A stretch of 57,730 bases of DNA, filler included, from Catajapyx aquilonaris (Eukaryota): NCBI GenBank assembly GCA_000934665.2. It is 3 parts of 3 records of this genome, joined end to end, with 100 filler letters (N's around TTAATTAATTAA, not from the genome) between each part and the next. Parts side by side here need not be neighbours in the genome. Positions count along the whole stretch, not along the records: positions 1 to 19,153 come from KZ539553.1; positions 19,254 to 38,601 come from KZ539554.1; 1 more part is not named here. The stretch is one strand, 5' to 3'. A program made the position numbers and the translations under genes. Below the pieces are notes generated by a model. It saw only the letters and a program-made list of their open reading frames with translations. It was not told where the DNA came from and made no database searches. Below are positions 10,196 to 22,625 of the stretch, piece by piece (within the stretch, counting starts at the first letter, position 1; every line of letters starts with the position of its first letter).

Positions 10196-12593
10196 TTCCT
10201 TTCCTGTCAGTTCAGGTTCAGGTCAGTCACATCACAAGTAAGCCTAATCAAGCACTGTAACTGGATAACATTATTAAGTCCCGATGTCAATTAGATAGTA
10301 TTTTTTTAAAGTAAGAGAAAGTAGAAAAAATAACATCGCTATGGAAACACCCCAAATTTTAAGTGATTTAATGGAAGTGAAAGGTTGCAATAATTTTTAT
10401 CTCATCGTGTGTCGAAGTCCAAAATTTTTTCCTGTAGTCAATTATGCATTGGATATTTATCAAGTCAAATATTATTTTAAACCCTCCATTCTGACAATAA
10501 TATCAGTTTTTAAAAGGGGAGAATAGTGTTACCTTCCAACTTGCTGGGCGTAGGAACTTGGAGTTTTGCTTTTTACGAGTCCCAGGAATTCGTATAATAG
10601 TGACATGATGACAGGTCTTGGTTAGCGGAAATCATCGTTCGTGTGAAAACTATTTGGCCGCGCACAAGATGTTGGATTATTGGGCTCAGAGCAGGAGGGG
10701 TGGGGGTGCATGTCCCCTCCTCTGGCCAACACCGGGAATGTTATATTTGCGACAATGTATTATATCCCAGCAACCGCCCAGAACAAATGCACCTCGTTGT
10801 GTAAAATCCTGGGCCGGTATAAGAAACTAGACGTTTAGGGAAAAAACGGGAATTTTTGTTGCTAACTGACAATAAATTATAAGCAATCATAATTATTGCT
10901 TATAATTGTCAGTTAGCAGAAGAAATTCCCGTTTACCGAGTAAATTTTTTAAAACTATAATTTTTAAACAAAATTTGTATAAATTTTAAAAATTTACTCG
11001 GTAAATATGCATTCAGTGATATTCTCTATGCCTCTATGGTATGCATTCCACGATTACGCAGAACATCAGGCATCGTCCATACCATTTTAGCCCAAAAACC
11101 ATCCCAATCCGGTTCCCCCCTGCAGCAAGTGGAGAGTAGGGTTGAGGTGGGGGGGGGGGGGNACGACTCGGCTGCACTACCAACCGCTCTTCATCAGCGA
11201 GTTCTCCCGGCTATTTTACTTGTTGCGGGGGTGACGGCATTTGTCTACTTGCGCAAAAACCACCGGCCCAAAAAATCGCGCTTTGGAGGAGTAGGAAGAG
11301 GAGGGCTAAGGCCATCGTGACAAAGCGAGATTCTTCCCAAATTCGCATCCTGAGCCAAGATGCTGTGACCCATTTTTAAAAAAACTCTTCCCCTTCTAGA
11401 TCGCGCAATTATTATCCGAATTGATCGAGCCTTGGTCGGGAGGCTCAATTGGCTCTTCCTCGCCATTCTGTGACAATTTCAGGACCGCACCTCCAGCGAG
11501 ACGGCCACACCGGCGGTGCGAACACAACGCTGCACCCGTCCCTCGGCCCAACTTGGCCTCCGCGAGTGGGAAAAATCGTCGTGACCGTGCGGCCTTAAAG
11601 GAAGGGTTCAGTGGTTTTGCAGGTTTTGCTTCAAAGATCAAGGAAGACTCCCTGATTCCAAAAATGTGGTCGGTTTTTGTATCTGCCGCCGCGTATGCAA
11701 ATTCCGTTAGGTGAAAATCGCAATCCGCTACGGTATTCGCTACGGTAATATCGAGTAGCTAGCGCCGCCTGCGGAGATCCCGGTAACCTGCATGGGCCAT
11801 TGGGCCGGCCGGCTGCCCAAAGATTGACTTAGCCGTGAAGTCAATTTTTGAACTAGGAAGTGGATGGATCACTTGGCCCTTCCTCCGACGCCACGCCGTC
11901 ACATGCGGCCAAGATGTGGGCAATGTGTATTCCTCGTCTCTCCTCCTAGTCCCCGCGGTACGATGAAAATATCAGCAGAAAACTGCATTTTGTGAAAGCA
12001 GCTAACCAGTAACCACTTTGCACACTTGTTCCTTAGACCCATTTGGTTGATTTGGCCCGTAGTTCCTTTCGTTTCATCCCTTAGGACCCCCAAAATGGGG
12101 GGTATGGTGAGAGGGGAGGGGGGGTGAGTTTTTTTTTTTTAAAAGAGAGAGAACAATTATTGCTTAAAAATCGCCAATGTGTGATCTTGGCGTCGATTTC
12201 GCATGAATCAGACCCGCTAAATACGACGACGCTGTTTAAAATGCCATCCGAGCAACGGAAGTGACTTCATAATTATACGGTAGGTCATTTAAAAAATGGC
12301 GGCCAAAAATGACCAATGCGTTCGAAGTGACCCATACCGATGAGTAGGGTGTCGTTTTCGACGCTTTCGAGGTCGCTCAGTCACCCTGAGAATGCTATAA
12401 CACGATAGAAGGCATGCCAAAAATGGTTTACGCCGCCCTTCGGTGGGTGATGGAGGGACGATTAGAGCGTGACGACCGCAAATCCTGTCAAAATTTCGTT
12501 GGGTTATACGTTGAGGTCATAACTGAAGGGTACTGTACTGCAGTTGACAGAATGACCTATAGGTTTCTTAATCGGCTTGGGCCTCCAAATATA

Positions 12594-13271
12594 CAGGGTG
12601 ATTACAAATGAATAGTATAATTACAAATGCATATAGCTCCGTACCTATCAACCGCACATGAACGTGTTATACACCAAATGAAAGAGGAGGTTTTGAAGTT
12701 TATTTCATACCTTATAAATGTTCTATATGACTTCCCTTGGTCACTCGAGAAATGTCGATCCGATAGTGCAATTCCTCTCATACTCGTGCCAGCATGTCCA
12801 TTGTCACTGACTCAACCGCAGCAACAATGCGATGTTTGAGTTCGTCCAGGGTTGTTGGCATCGGTGGCTCGTACATAGCATCCTTAACGTACCCCCAAAA
12901 GAAGAAGTCGCATGGCGTCAAATCCGGCGACCTTGGGGGCCAGCAGTAAAGCGACAAGTCTTGCTGGTCACTGCGACCTATCCAACGACGAAGGAGCACA
13001 TTGTTCAGAAACTGGCGAACATCTGAATGCCAGTACATTGTTACTGCGGTTGAGTCAGTGACAACGGACATGCTGGCACGAGTATGGGAGGAATTGCACT
13101 ATCGGATCGACGTTTCTCGAGTGACCAAGGGAAATCATATAGAACATTTCTAAGGCAGGAAAAAAACTTTAAAACCTCCTCTTTCATTTGGTGTATAACA
13201 CGTTCATGTACGGTTGATAGGTACGGAGCTATATGCATTTGTAATTCTACTATTCATTTGTAATCACCCTG
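12594..13271. mobile_element. Tc1/mariner-derived foldback with transposase C-terminal remnant
   Basis: TA|CAGGGTGATTACAAATG termini, ~225-bp inverted arms; minus-strand WPPRSPDLTPCDFFFWGYVK motif. Confidence 0.92.
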
Positions 13272-13420
13272 TATTATGGCCATTCAGTTGATGGGATGCT
13301 CCAATCCTCCGTAACTTGAAGCATACTCCGGCGTGCGCCTGCTGCTGGAAGAGAAAGATGAGTATCTAAGGCAATGCAGTATTGATCAATCCTGGCATTT
13401 GCATTAGGGGAAAAAGTCGT

Positions 13421-13630
13421 ACTGCATTCACCCTTGCAATTCCTGCAGGCCAGAGTGCAAGGTAGCAGGTATATACCTGCGGCATGGCAGCAGCAGCGCT
13501 GAGTTTCACATACTGTGGTACAGGCGCACTTGTCGAGTGATCTACAAGCGGCTCATACATCAGGTTGCAAAATCCAGACTGGTATCCACGCATCCTTGTC
13601 TTTCTTCCACCCCCAAAGATCTGGGGGGAG
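13421..13630 (-). pseudogene. Cys-rich C-terminal transposase remnant (Academ-like Cys8/CXC domain)
   Basis: Manual translation LPPDLWGWKKDKDAWIPVWILQPDV*AACRSLDKCACTTVCETQRCCCHAAGIYLLPCTLACRNCKGECS; internal stop. Confidence 0.55.
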
Positions 13631-14187
13631 GGGGTGTTCAGACTGAATGGCCCTGCGTCTCTGCCCAAGATATGTCCAGCCTGATACTCATCAACTCTCT
13701 CTTCATGTGTTGTATTAGTGCTGCTCGTGTCGGTGGTATAGTTATTTTGAACGTAGACCGTGTTCGGCTCTGATTTCTAAAATAAATCGACTTTGACTTG
13801 AAATTTTACGCATATGGTGCATTTGCTATCAAAACCGACCAGATATTCAGAATCAGGGAGTCTTGCTTGATTTTCGAACATGCAAAATCACTGAACCGTT
13901 CCTTTAAGGAGGGTTATTACGCGGGTTTTTCTTGGGCTTCTCCCCCCCCCCCCCGCCCCCCATTCCCATTTCCCCCAATTTAAAGATCAAATTACGGTAC
14001 GATACGGCATACAGGTTACATCTCATTTACATGACAGTAATTATTACAGCATTACATACATTACATACATTACAATTACGCAATTACATGACAGGAATTT
14101 GACGCTAATTAAAGCACCGTAATAATACCCGTATAATATTCCTACCCTTATTGTTGTTGTGACATGTTTGTTGTGTACGGCATACAG

Positions 14188-14924
14188 GTGACGTTCCTGA
14201 TATCCGGAGGCAACCGACACGACACGTTTCGCATTGAAGGTGGTACTGGTCGCCTCGTACTCAACCGCCCTCTGGATTTTGAGCGCGTCCAGAACTACGA
14301 GCTGAACATCACCGCTCAGGACGCTGGAAGCCCGCTGCGGTTACGCAGTACCGTGTCGTTCTCTGTCGTAGTCCTTGATGTCAACGACAACAGACCAACT
14401 TTTCCATCGACCGCCTTGGTGCGACAGATACAGGAGGGGATCCCTCCTGATACACCAATCGTCACTGTATCCGCCGAAGACCCTGACTCAGGGTCGAGCG
14501 GACAGATCCTGTATTCCCTCAAGGGACAATATCCGCCAGGCCAACATTTTACTGTCGATGCGGCAACCGGTGTGGTACGAACGGTACGTCCCATCGATAG
14601 AGAGTTCGCCGATACGTTCAGACTGACCGTCGTAGCGACGGACCAGTCCCCGTCGGCATCCCTGTCGTCCGAAAAGACGCTGACAGTCATCGTCGAGGAC
14701 GTCAACGACAATGCTCCGTATTTTGTGTCTATGAACGCCGGCGTCTTAAGGGCAGGCTGGCCCCAAGGCATCCCAGTCATGCAGGTTTCCGCACGGGATT
14801 TGGATTCAGGTACCAACGGACTTGTCACATACGAGATGACTAGCGGCGATGTCAGCACCTTCAAGCTGGATAGGTCGACTGGTGTGTTGTCTCTCAACCG
14901 ACCGGTTCTGCAACCCGAGTTCAG
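14188..14924 (+). CDS. ft: Internal exon of Fat (cadherin-related tumor suppressor, FAT4-like), ~2.5 cadherin repeats
   Basis: LDFE, DVNDN (x2), IDRE and AxDxDSG cadherin motifs. FPSTALVRQIQEGIP, DTFRLTVVATD, SEKTLTVIVEDVNDNAPYFVSMNA and NGLVTYE closely resemble insect Fat as I recall it. Acceptor catacAG at 14186-14187, donor AG|GTACGT at 14925. Confidence 0.85.
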
Positions 14925-15584
14925 GTACGTATTTTGAGCAGTGTCTTCTAAGCCCAATCTGCCAAAAACAACAATGATGCCCTTCACTGGGAGTTAACGT
15001 CATTGCCAGCATAATAGTGACACATTGATTCATTTTGCTTTGGAAATGTGTGACTATTACGCGTAAGCGAAATACACTTTACATATGGTACCGTATGTTT
15101 TTTTCTTCTTCTGTTCTGCAGTAATAATATAGCAAATAGCTTTTGAAACACAGCTCTTGTCATGTGGTATAGGCTGGGTTGTGTGATTGATAGTAAACCC
15201 AGAACAAGTGGTTCACCTTTGTTATTCATTGATTCCAATCATGTTGCCAAGAGTAGTGTTGAGTGATGCTTAGTGCGTCTGTCGTTCTTCCACGAGCCTT
15301 ATTTATACAGTCGGTCTGCAGCCACCGCCATTTGACCGACCAACAATAAAACGAAAATAAAAAATAAACTATAATTCGTACAAATAATACATCACATCAC
15401 ATTCATAGTTTTCACCCTCCGCATCAACTCTCTGGATCATAACACTGCTTTAGTGTTCGCTTAACACAGCATAAAATAGTAATATCGCGATAAACATCAC
15501 GCCCTGCATTTATATTGCCCTCTATAGTCCCAATACGTTGTCTCTACGCTTCCTAACCATCGAAAGTAGTTAGAGGGCGCGGGC

Positions 15585-16887
15585 GGTGCACTGCCCAAGT
15601 TACCTAGCCAAGATGGCAGAATTGACCCAGGTGATGGATTGGGCCCAACTGGAGATATCAGTCAAGTCCGCATTCGTATGGCAGCCCTCCGAGTCGAGGT
15701 TACCATTCGGTCAAGAGCTCTCCTTTATCTCTTCAGTTGAGATCGATTCATTTTCTGAACAACGAAGGCACATGGTGAGTGGACATTTTCTTGTTAAACC
15801 ATTCATTTTATAACGAAATTTCTGCCATAATCGGACGACATGCAAAGTTCGACGCTCTCTAGAGGTCATTTCGGCGGCTGTCTTGCAACTGGGAAGTAGA
15901 TGGGATGCAGGGAAATGTTGGGATAGGGGAGCATACCAGCATAAAGTTCGATAGATATTGATGACGTTAGCCGTACTTATGTGTAAATACAGGGTCATCC
16001 AAAAAGAATGTCCAAATTTTAAGACCATATAATTCGAAAACTTAGACATAGTACCTTCATGATTTCAATTTTCAAATGCTAAGAAATGTCTAAGGTTTTT
16101 ATCTCGCCTTAGTTTGTGTCGATATGAACTTCATTTGTTGTTCAGCAGATAAAAAGGACGGTATTCGGTCTTGAGCCAAACCCTCTCAATCATATCCGAA
16201 GTTACCGTTGCGATCCTATCCCGTAGGTGCTGGAGATGATGGGTCTTTACACCACACACATCGTTCTTGATGATGCAAATAAAGAGTCGCCTCAGCCAGG
16301 AAACAAACCTGCCGTAGGAACGTTTCATTTGTTCAGCCCCCCCCNTCTTGAATGAGAAGTTACCCAATGCCTAGTCCCTCTAGAAGGCCGGATCTTACCC
16401 CAATTGACTTTTATGTGGATATACATGTATGGTGAAAATATCTAGCAGCTCCAGCACCTACGGGATATGATCATAATGGTGATTTCAGACATGTCTGATG
16501 GGGTTAGGCACGACACTGATTACAGTATTTACATTATTTTTTTGAGTGACAAATGGAGTTCATCTGTTCATGTCGAAACAAACTTAGGTGATACCAAAAC
16601 TTTAGAAATCTCTTTCAAAACTTAAATCATTTAGATACCGGTATGTCTACAAGTTTTCGAGTTATAGGGTTTAAAAATTCGGACATTCTTTTTCGATGAC
16701 CCTGTAGTTTAACTCGAAAAGTGTTCACTCCCCAAGAGCCTACATTGCGTACAGATAATGAATAATAAAGAGGAAGCCCAGACAGACGCAAACCGCGACT
16801 AGGGACGACTGCGGTTCGAATGCGGACTTGATTTATATCGCCCTCACCATTTCGGCCATCTTGGATGGATAACTTGGGCAGTGAACC
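15585..16887. mobile_element. TIR element of uncertain superfamily hosting 15990-16704
   Basis: GGTGCACTGCCCAAGTTA..CCAAGATGGC / GCCATCTTGG..TAACTTGGGCAGTGAACC; no clear TSD. Confidence 0.55.
15990..16704. mobile_element. Tc1/mariner-derived MITE with diverged long arms
   Basis: TA|CAGGGTCATCCAAAAAGAATGTCC / GGACATTCTTTTTCGATGACCCTG|TA; decayed transposase-tail sequence in both arms. Confidence 0.82.
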
Positions 16888-17189
16888 ACACTGTATTTGC
16901 ATACACCTCCTGTCTTCCTCACATCGCATCGTAGGCATTAAAGAAAAAGTGTGGATAGACCATTTGAGAAATTTTACCGCAGAGCTAATAATAGGATTGA
17001 AATCGCCCTCACAAATCGCAGTATCACTGTATAAGCTCTAAATTTTTGGATTGTATTGGAGCAATGCATTGATTTTCTTTGGCGCGATCACAATTAGAAA
17101 ATATTTACATAGAGTTAAGTGTCAAAAATTAAATGGATATTCGCCCTTCTTCCTAAATTGTTTTTAAGAGTCCGGATGCTAAGGGTTTT

Positions 17190-18429
17190 AACTTTGCATT
17201 TTGTGATAAAAGTATGAAACTCGTTCCACTCGTTCTGTGGACACTTCTAAGCATATCTGGACGTGGGGCTACGATGGGTGACCCCGCCGGGGGTCACTTT
17301 CACAGGGTTGCCATATCTATCAGGTGCATCATACCTTTAGGATTTTTTATTCGGTGATAAAAACATGAAACTCAGTACACTGGTTCTTTGGACACTTCTG
17401 AGCATATTTGGACGTGGGGCCACGCTGAGTGACCCCACACTGGAGATCACTTTTGTGGGGCTGCCAAATCCAACTGTGCAACGCAGACCTTTACATGAAT
17501 AAGGACCTTGCATTCGGTGATGAAAACCTGAAATTTTATTCGCCACAATTATTGGTCTTTGGACACTTATGAACATGTCTGGAAGTGAGGCCACGATGGA
17601 TAACCCAGCTGTGAGTCACTCACGGGGTTGCCATATACAACAGGCGCAACATGCGTTTCTATTTGAATAGGAAGCGTCGATTCGGTGATAAAGACATGAA
17701 ACTCGCCAGGATTAGTCTTTGGACACTTCCGAACATATCTGGACGTGGGGCCACGATGACTGACCCTGCTGAAAATCACTTTCGCAGGGTTACCACATTT
17801 AACAAACTGAAACACAGGTTTATATTTGAAAAAGGAGCTCCAGCGGGGTCGATCATCGTGGCTCCACGTCCAGATATGTTTGGAAGGCTCCAAAGATCTA
17901 GTGTACCGAGTTTCATGTCTTTATCACCGAATGCAAGCTCACTCTTCAAACATAAACGCATGATGTACACAGTCTGTTAGTATGGAAACCCTGCGATAGA
18001 GACCCCCGGCAGAGTCGGACATCGTAGCCCCACGTCCAGATATGTTCGTATGTGTCCAAAGAACTAGTGTACCGAGTTTCACGTCTTTATCACCGAATGC
18101 AAACTAACTATTCAATAGAAACGCATGTTTCACAGTCTGTTAGATATGGAAACCTTGCGATAGTGACTTCCATCGGGGTCGGTAATCGTGGCCCCATGTC
18201 TGACATGTTCAGAAGTGTACAAAGACCAATTGTGGCGAGTTTCATGTTTTTATCACTGAATGCAAGGTCCTTATTCATGTAAAGGTAAGCTGCACCTGTT
18301 CAATATGGCAACCCTGAGAAAGTGACCTCCAGCTGGGTCACTCAGCGTGACCCAACGTCCACATATGCTCAGAAGTGCCCAAAGAACGAGAGTACTGCGT
18401 TTCACACTTTTAACACAAAATGCAAAGTT
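17190..18429. mobile_element. Foldback element whose arms are arrays of ~150-180-bp tandem subrepeats
   Basis: About four units (..GGACACTT..CATAT[C/T]TGGACGTGGGGC..) on + to ~17820, then about four inverted units; termini AACTTTGCATTTTGTG / CACAAAATGCAAAGTT. Confidence 0.75.
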
Positions 18430-18478
18430 GGGGCCCAATCTTTCCCTTACCACCTGGGATATTCGCCCTTTCTCCTTA

Positions 18479-18906
18479 AGTGGGCTCTACACAGTCGATC
18501 CGACTCGGATCGGTTTCGACCATCGAACCTACTGTGTAAATGGCATTCCGTGTCGGATCCGACGTGGGAGCCAGGGGAGGCCAGCTCAAGTCACCTAGGC
18601 AGGTCGGAGACGGGAGAGTGGGCGGGGCAAGACGTCGGATTGTCTGTGTGAATCACTGTCCGACTCATCCCGGCTCTCTGATTGGCTAGTGGGGTCTCCT
18701 AGTCGAACTCGGTGCCCCCCACACCCCCTTCACCTCCACAAAAACCTGTTTCCCCACCTTCGAACATGGAATAACATGGAACATCGGACATCGAACAACA
18801 GACCTCTGCCTGAAGAGGGTGGTTGGATGCCTCCGAGTCGGAGAGTCGGAGTCGGAGTCGGAGTCGGAGTCGGAGTCGGAGTCGGATCGACTGTGTAGAG
18901 CCCACT
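18479..18906. mobile_element. PIF/Harbinger-type MITE with internal (GGAGTC)n
   Basis: TIR AGTGGGCTCTACACAGTCGATCCGACTC; TTA TSD at 18476-18478 and 18907-18909. Confidence 0.85.
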
Positions 18907-19153
18907 TTACACTGTTTTTGGATACTCGTCGGAGCTACTTTCTCGTACAGGCACATTGTTCCACCTACACACATCTGCCGCTTCACCAAAACATGTGGTG
19001 GGTGATGTCAACTGAATATAACTTATGCATTACATTGGTATCTCCATATGAGAAGAGTGCAGTGAAAGGGTGTGGATTCTGGCAGCCATCTTGTATACAA
19101 TTCGAACTATTAGATTCATTAGAGTTAAGAATTAAGTTGCCGTGAGAAGCTGG

Positions 19154-19253
19154 NNNNNNNNNNNNNNNNNNNNNNNNNNNNNNNNNNNNNNNNNNNNTTA
19201 ATTAATTAANNNNNNNNNNNNNNNNNNNNNNNNNNNNNNNNNNNNNNNNNNNN
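19154..19253. other. Artificial contig-joining spacer
   Basis: N44-TTAATTAATTAA-N44, 100 bp, stops in all six frames; identical to 38602-38701. Confidence 0.95.
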
Positions 19254-19346
19254 ACAACGGCGTAAGTCCGACGTCTCTCCGACCTCGGGAAGTGGGAGAT
19301 CTTTTCCATCCTATATCCTCCTCGGATTGGGGCTTTATATATATTA

Positions 19347-19679
19347 GATAGAAGAGGCGCAAACATTTGATTTCCGCGTCTCTCTGTTTGGGGCCGTTCC
19401 CAAGGCTAGCGGCCATTTTGAAGTGTGGGCAACGCCAACGAGGTATAAATAGGGTACAGGCAAAAATAGGGTCCGCCATCTTTGATTCGCGCGTGTTCTT
19501 GCCGTGTAGTTGCCATGGCCGTCAAAACCATCAAAGATGGCGGACCCTATTTTTGCCTGTACCCTATTTATACCTCGTTGGCGTTGCCTCCACTTCAAAA
19601 TGGCCGCCAGCCTTGGCAACGGCCCCAAACAGAGAGACGCGGACATCAAAGGCGCCGACAGAAGTTTGCGCCTCTTATG
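19347..19679. mobile_element. Palindromic MITE (~140-bp arms)
   Basis: AAGAGGCGCAAAC...GGGTCCGCCATCTTTGA / TCAAAGATGGCGGACCC...GTTTGCGCCTCTT. Confidence 0.78.
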
Positions 19680-20619
19680 TAGTAATATGCTCCCTGGTCA
19701 TGGTTTGAAGTTGGAGTGATCTAGTAGGCATAATAGTGGTATAGTAGCAAGCTTATACGATAATGTGCATTCTGATATATACAATATCAATGGTGTACTG
19801 CATTTGAAACATTGTGTTGTTGATTCAAAAGAAAAGATCAAAACCCAATGCTGATAGCAATTTCTTAACTTCAGGTCAGCTCCCTAGTTTCACTTCATTG
19901 GCTGATTCAAAAAGTTTAACACCAGCAGCCATGGGGCTGTGACAACACTCGGATCACGCTGACAGAATGGGGGGGAACCCCGAAGCAAAGGAGCGGCAAG
20001 AGAAAGGAGGAGTGAAGATTATGTGGTGATGGAGGAGGAGGAGGAGGAGGAGGAGTGAAGATGATAATATTGTGGTGGTGGTGGAGGAGGAGTGGATGGA
20101 GCACCCAGACGCATGCGAAAGAAAAGCAGGGGAGTTTCATAAATGTTTCTTATATGTGTAATCCCCTAAGTTCAGTATAAACCTGTTCTTTGAACTAATT
20201 ATGTGAGCTGTTGATTCTTCATGAGTTTAAATGAGCTGAAATTGAAATACTGGTAACATGCTTAACTACTTTTGAGTAACTTCTTTTCAGAGAAATATAG
20301 TATGTAAGGTTGTTTTAGCTGGTAAGATTTATTTTGAGTAGCTAAAATCCTCATGTAAGTCATTTGACACTGCTTTTTAGCTTTTGTGTAGTATTTTCCT
20401 GTAACTGGCTCTATCACGTTACGTCCTGCAAATCTACATGGTTTTCCTTTTAATGTTGGGATAACAAAAGCAGAATTTTTACAGAGCTGAATAATCACCT
20501 CAGTATGTTACAATACCATCATGAGCATTTTTTTTAACCCATTGAGAGGTCAGCGCTCTTTTAGGGAGGTGGAACACCACCATATTTTCCATTTTTCTTG
20601 TAATTTTATTCAACTCCAT

Positions 20620-20839
20620 GCAGGGAAGAAATGACATGGGGGTAAGGATGGGGATTTTTCGGGGAGGAGACACGGGTGCAAGTGAAATGTCGGAATACTG
20701 GGTCATGTTAGGTTGCCAGATGCCTCCAAGGGGCGGGCCAGAGACCCTTCTGACGCAGGCGAAAGGGAACTCCTGGGCGGGGATCGAACCTTCCGCTCAG
20801 CAAGCCTAAGTCATTATCAACTCGGCCACCACGCCTCCC
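20620..20839 (-). mobile_element. tRNA-derived SINE, family A
   Basis: Head GGGAGGCGTGGTGGCCGAGTTG...GGTTCGATCCCCGCCC; body homologous to 1787-2056. Confidence 0.78.
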
Positions 20840-21145
20840 TTGCATGAGCCTTATTGATTTTAACAGCTATGCAAAATAAAGTGTCTGTAATTATACCAAC
20901 ATTCTGCAATTAAAATATCCACTTCATTATAATAGGAGCTAAAATACACATAATGGTAATGTTATGAGCTGCAACAAGATCCATTACTGCAAAGACAATT
21001 GTTCAATCTCCCAGTCATGCACAATAAATACAAAGTAATGTAGCCTAATAATGTAGTTTTACAGAAGAAATTGGCATATTACTCCTCAATTATGAAAAAT
21101 GGGCATTGCATAAATACTGCTTAATGCAAGGCTTAATGAGCTCCT

Positions 21146-21479
21146 TGGTTGGTTGGTTGGTAGGAAGGGTTACCCAGCTTGTATGGCTCTGTCTGAGTCG
21201 AGCCTTGGCAGCCGGGGGTAGGAGAGGAAGGTGTGGGATTGCAAGGTAGGGGTGGGTGAGAAGGGTGGGGGAGAGGAGGGCTGGCCCCGGCTGTACTGCA
21301 ATGCCGGGTCCACGGTCGTATAAGGAGGCCGGGTCCAACCCAGGGACGGGGGTGGGATACTCTCCCAAGCACCCCGTCCAACCAAGAAATGCGAGTCAGG
21401 TCCGAGGACCGCTCGAGGAAGAGAGTACCGTCGCTGGCGAACCAGCCGGGCCTCATACAACCATTGAATATAATTACTG
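21146..21479 (-). mobile_element. 5'-truncated non-LTR retroposon 3' end with (CCAA)n tail
   Basis: 13-bp TSD TTAATGAGCTCCT (21133-21145, 21480-21492); GC-rich insert ending in (CCAA)n on the minus strand. Confidence 0.7.
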
Positions 21480-21990
21480 TTAATGAGCTCCTACAAAATG
21501 TTATTGGTATGTCAGCCTTCTGGATTTGAATGTTCATCTATAGTAGGCCTATGTTATTATCCACAGGTCATGATCAGCCTCTGTTCTGGGTTAAAATTGA
21601 GGTCACACTTGATCAGTTGTGGATAATGATATTTTTTCAATGTCTTGAGACTTATTTCAATGTAGGGAATGAGTCCCCCATGACACACTTGGAAAAGAAA
21701 ATCGCCCAAGTATGAACACCTTGTGACTTGAGAGCCTATGCTTTACAGCACGGCCCTTCAGCTTGTAGCTTTGTCACTACACACAACGGTATGCTTCAGA
21801 AGTAAACTACAAACTGCAACGAGTCCTTATACAGTATTATACAGATGAAACTCACAACATACTGAGGATTAAAATCTTGCCCGCAAACAAAAATAGCCAC
21901 TTATAACTTGCAATTACAGCTTGTTTGTGCACCTATTCTGAACCTTTAGGCCTCACTTGGCAAACTTCAATATGGTAGGAATTCTTACTA

Positions 21991-22506
21991 CAGTAAAACT
22001 TCTATATGTCGAATCTCCATGGGACCGGGGGATAACGTCGAGTTATAGAAGATTCGAGTAAGAGCAGTTTGGCATTTTTAAAGCACAGAACTCTATAAGG
22101 AAGCCTACCTTTATATCCAGCGACGAAAGGTGTTCAAAACTTAAAAATAACTGTCATTATCACACTTACAATGTTCCTCGTTGTTTTGTTGCAAAAAAAA
22201 ATCTCAATTATGGACATTTGCCTACTCTTTAGATTGAAGGATTCAATTGTCACAATCGAGTCAAACACTTCTTTCGGTACGTCTGGTAGACGGAGATCAG
22301 GAAATTGAGCCTTTCTGTACATGTGGCCTACTCTCGACCCTTCGGCTGGGAAATGAGAAAATTTTCCGTACTCGCCAACATGAACTTGGACTTAGAGAGA
22401 CTGAAAATGCATTGATATCCCATCGTAAGGCCCTGCCTGCTCTTCGAGTTATGGAGAACTTCGACTTAGGGAAGTTCAACTTATTATACAAGTAGAAGTT
22501 TTACAG
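21991..22506. mobile_element. pogo/Tigger-type MITE
   Basis: TA|CAGTAAAACTTCTA ... TAGAAGTTTTACAG|TA with TCGAGTTA subterminal repeats. Confidence 0.72.
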
Positions 22507-22613
22507 TATATCGCTCAAAAAGATGGAGGCGATTTTGTATTGAGGTTTGTATTGATATGATGTATCGAGGTGTTGATTTTGCAAAATCGTCCCCATCTTT
22601 TTGAGCGATGCAG
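22506..22613. mobile_element. Small palindromic MITE, related to 4599-4698
   Basis: ATCGCTCAAAAAGATGG / CCATCTTTTTGAGCGAT. Confidence 0.7.
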
Positions 22614-22625
22614 TACCTGACAACT

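Larger units (their letters stand above)
11599..13903. mobile_element. TTAA-flanked DNA element with AGG...CCT termini (Kolobok-like)
   Basis: TIR AGGAAGGGTTCAGTGGTTTTGCA...GACTCCCTGATTC / GAATCAGGGAGTC...TGCAAAATCACTGAACCGTTCCT; TTAA at 11595-11598 and 13904-13907. Confidence 0.72.

Noticed and set aside
14316..14987. 223-aa minus-strand ORF (also 5228-5866 +, 26341-26835 +, 28007-28345 +)
   Set aside because: Antisense shadows of real coding exons.
17190..18429. CRISPR-like repeat array
   Set aside because: Whole units are homologous with no unique spacers, half are inverted, the context is eukaryotic and there are no cas genes.
18689..19145. SR/ES/VG dipeptide-repeat ORFs
   Set aside because: Products of the (GGAGTC)n tract inside a Harbinger MITE.
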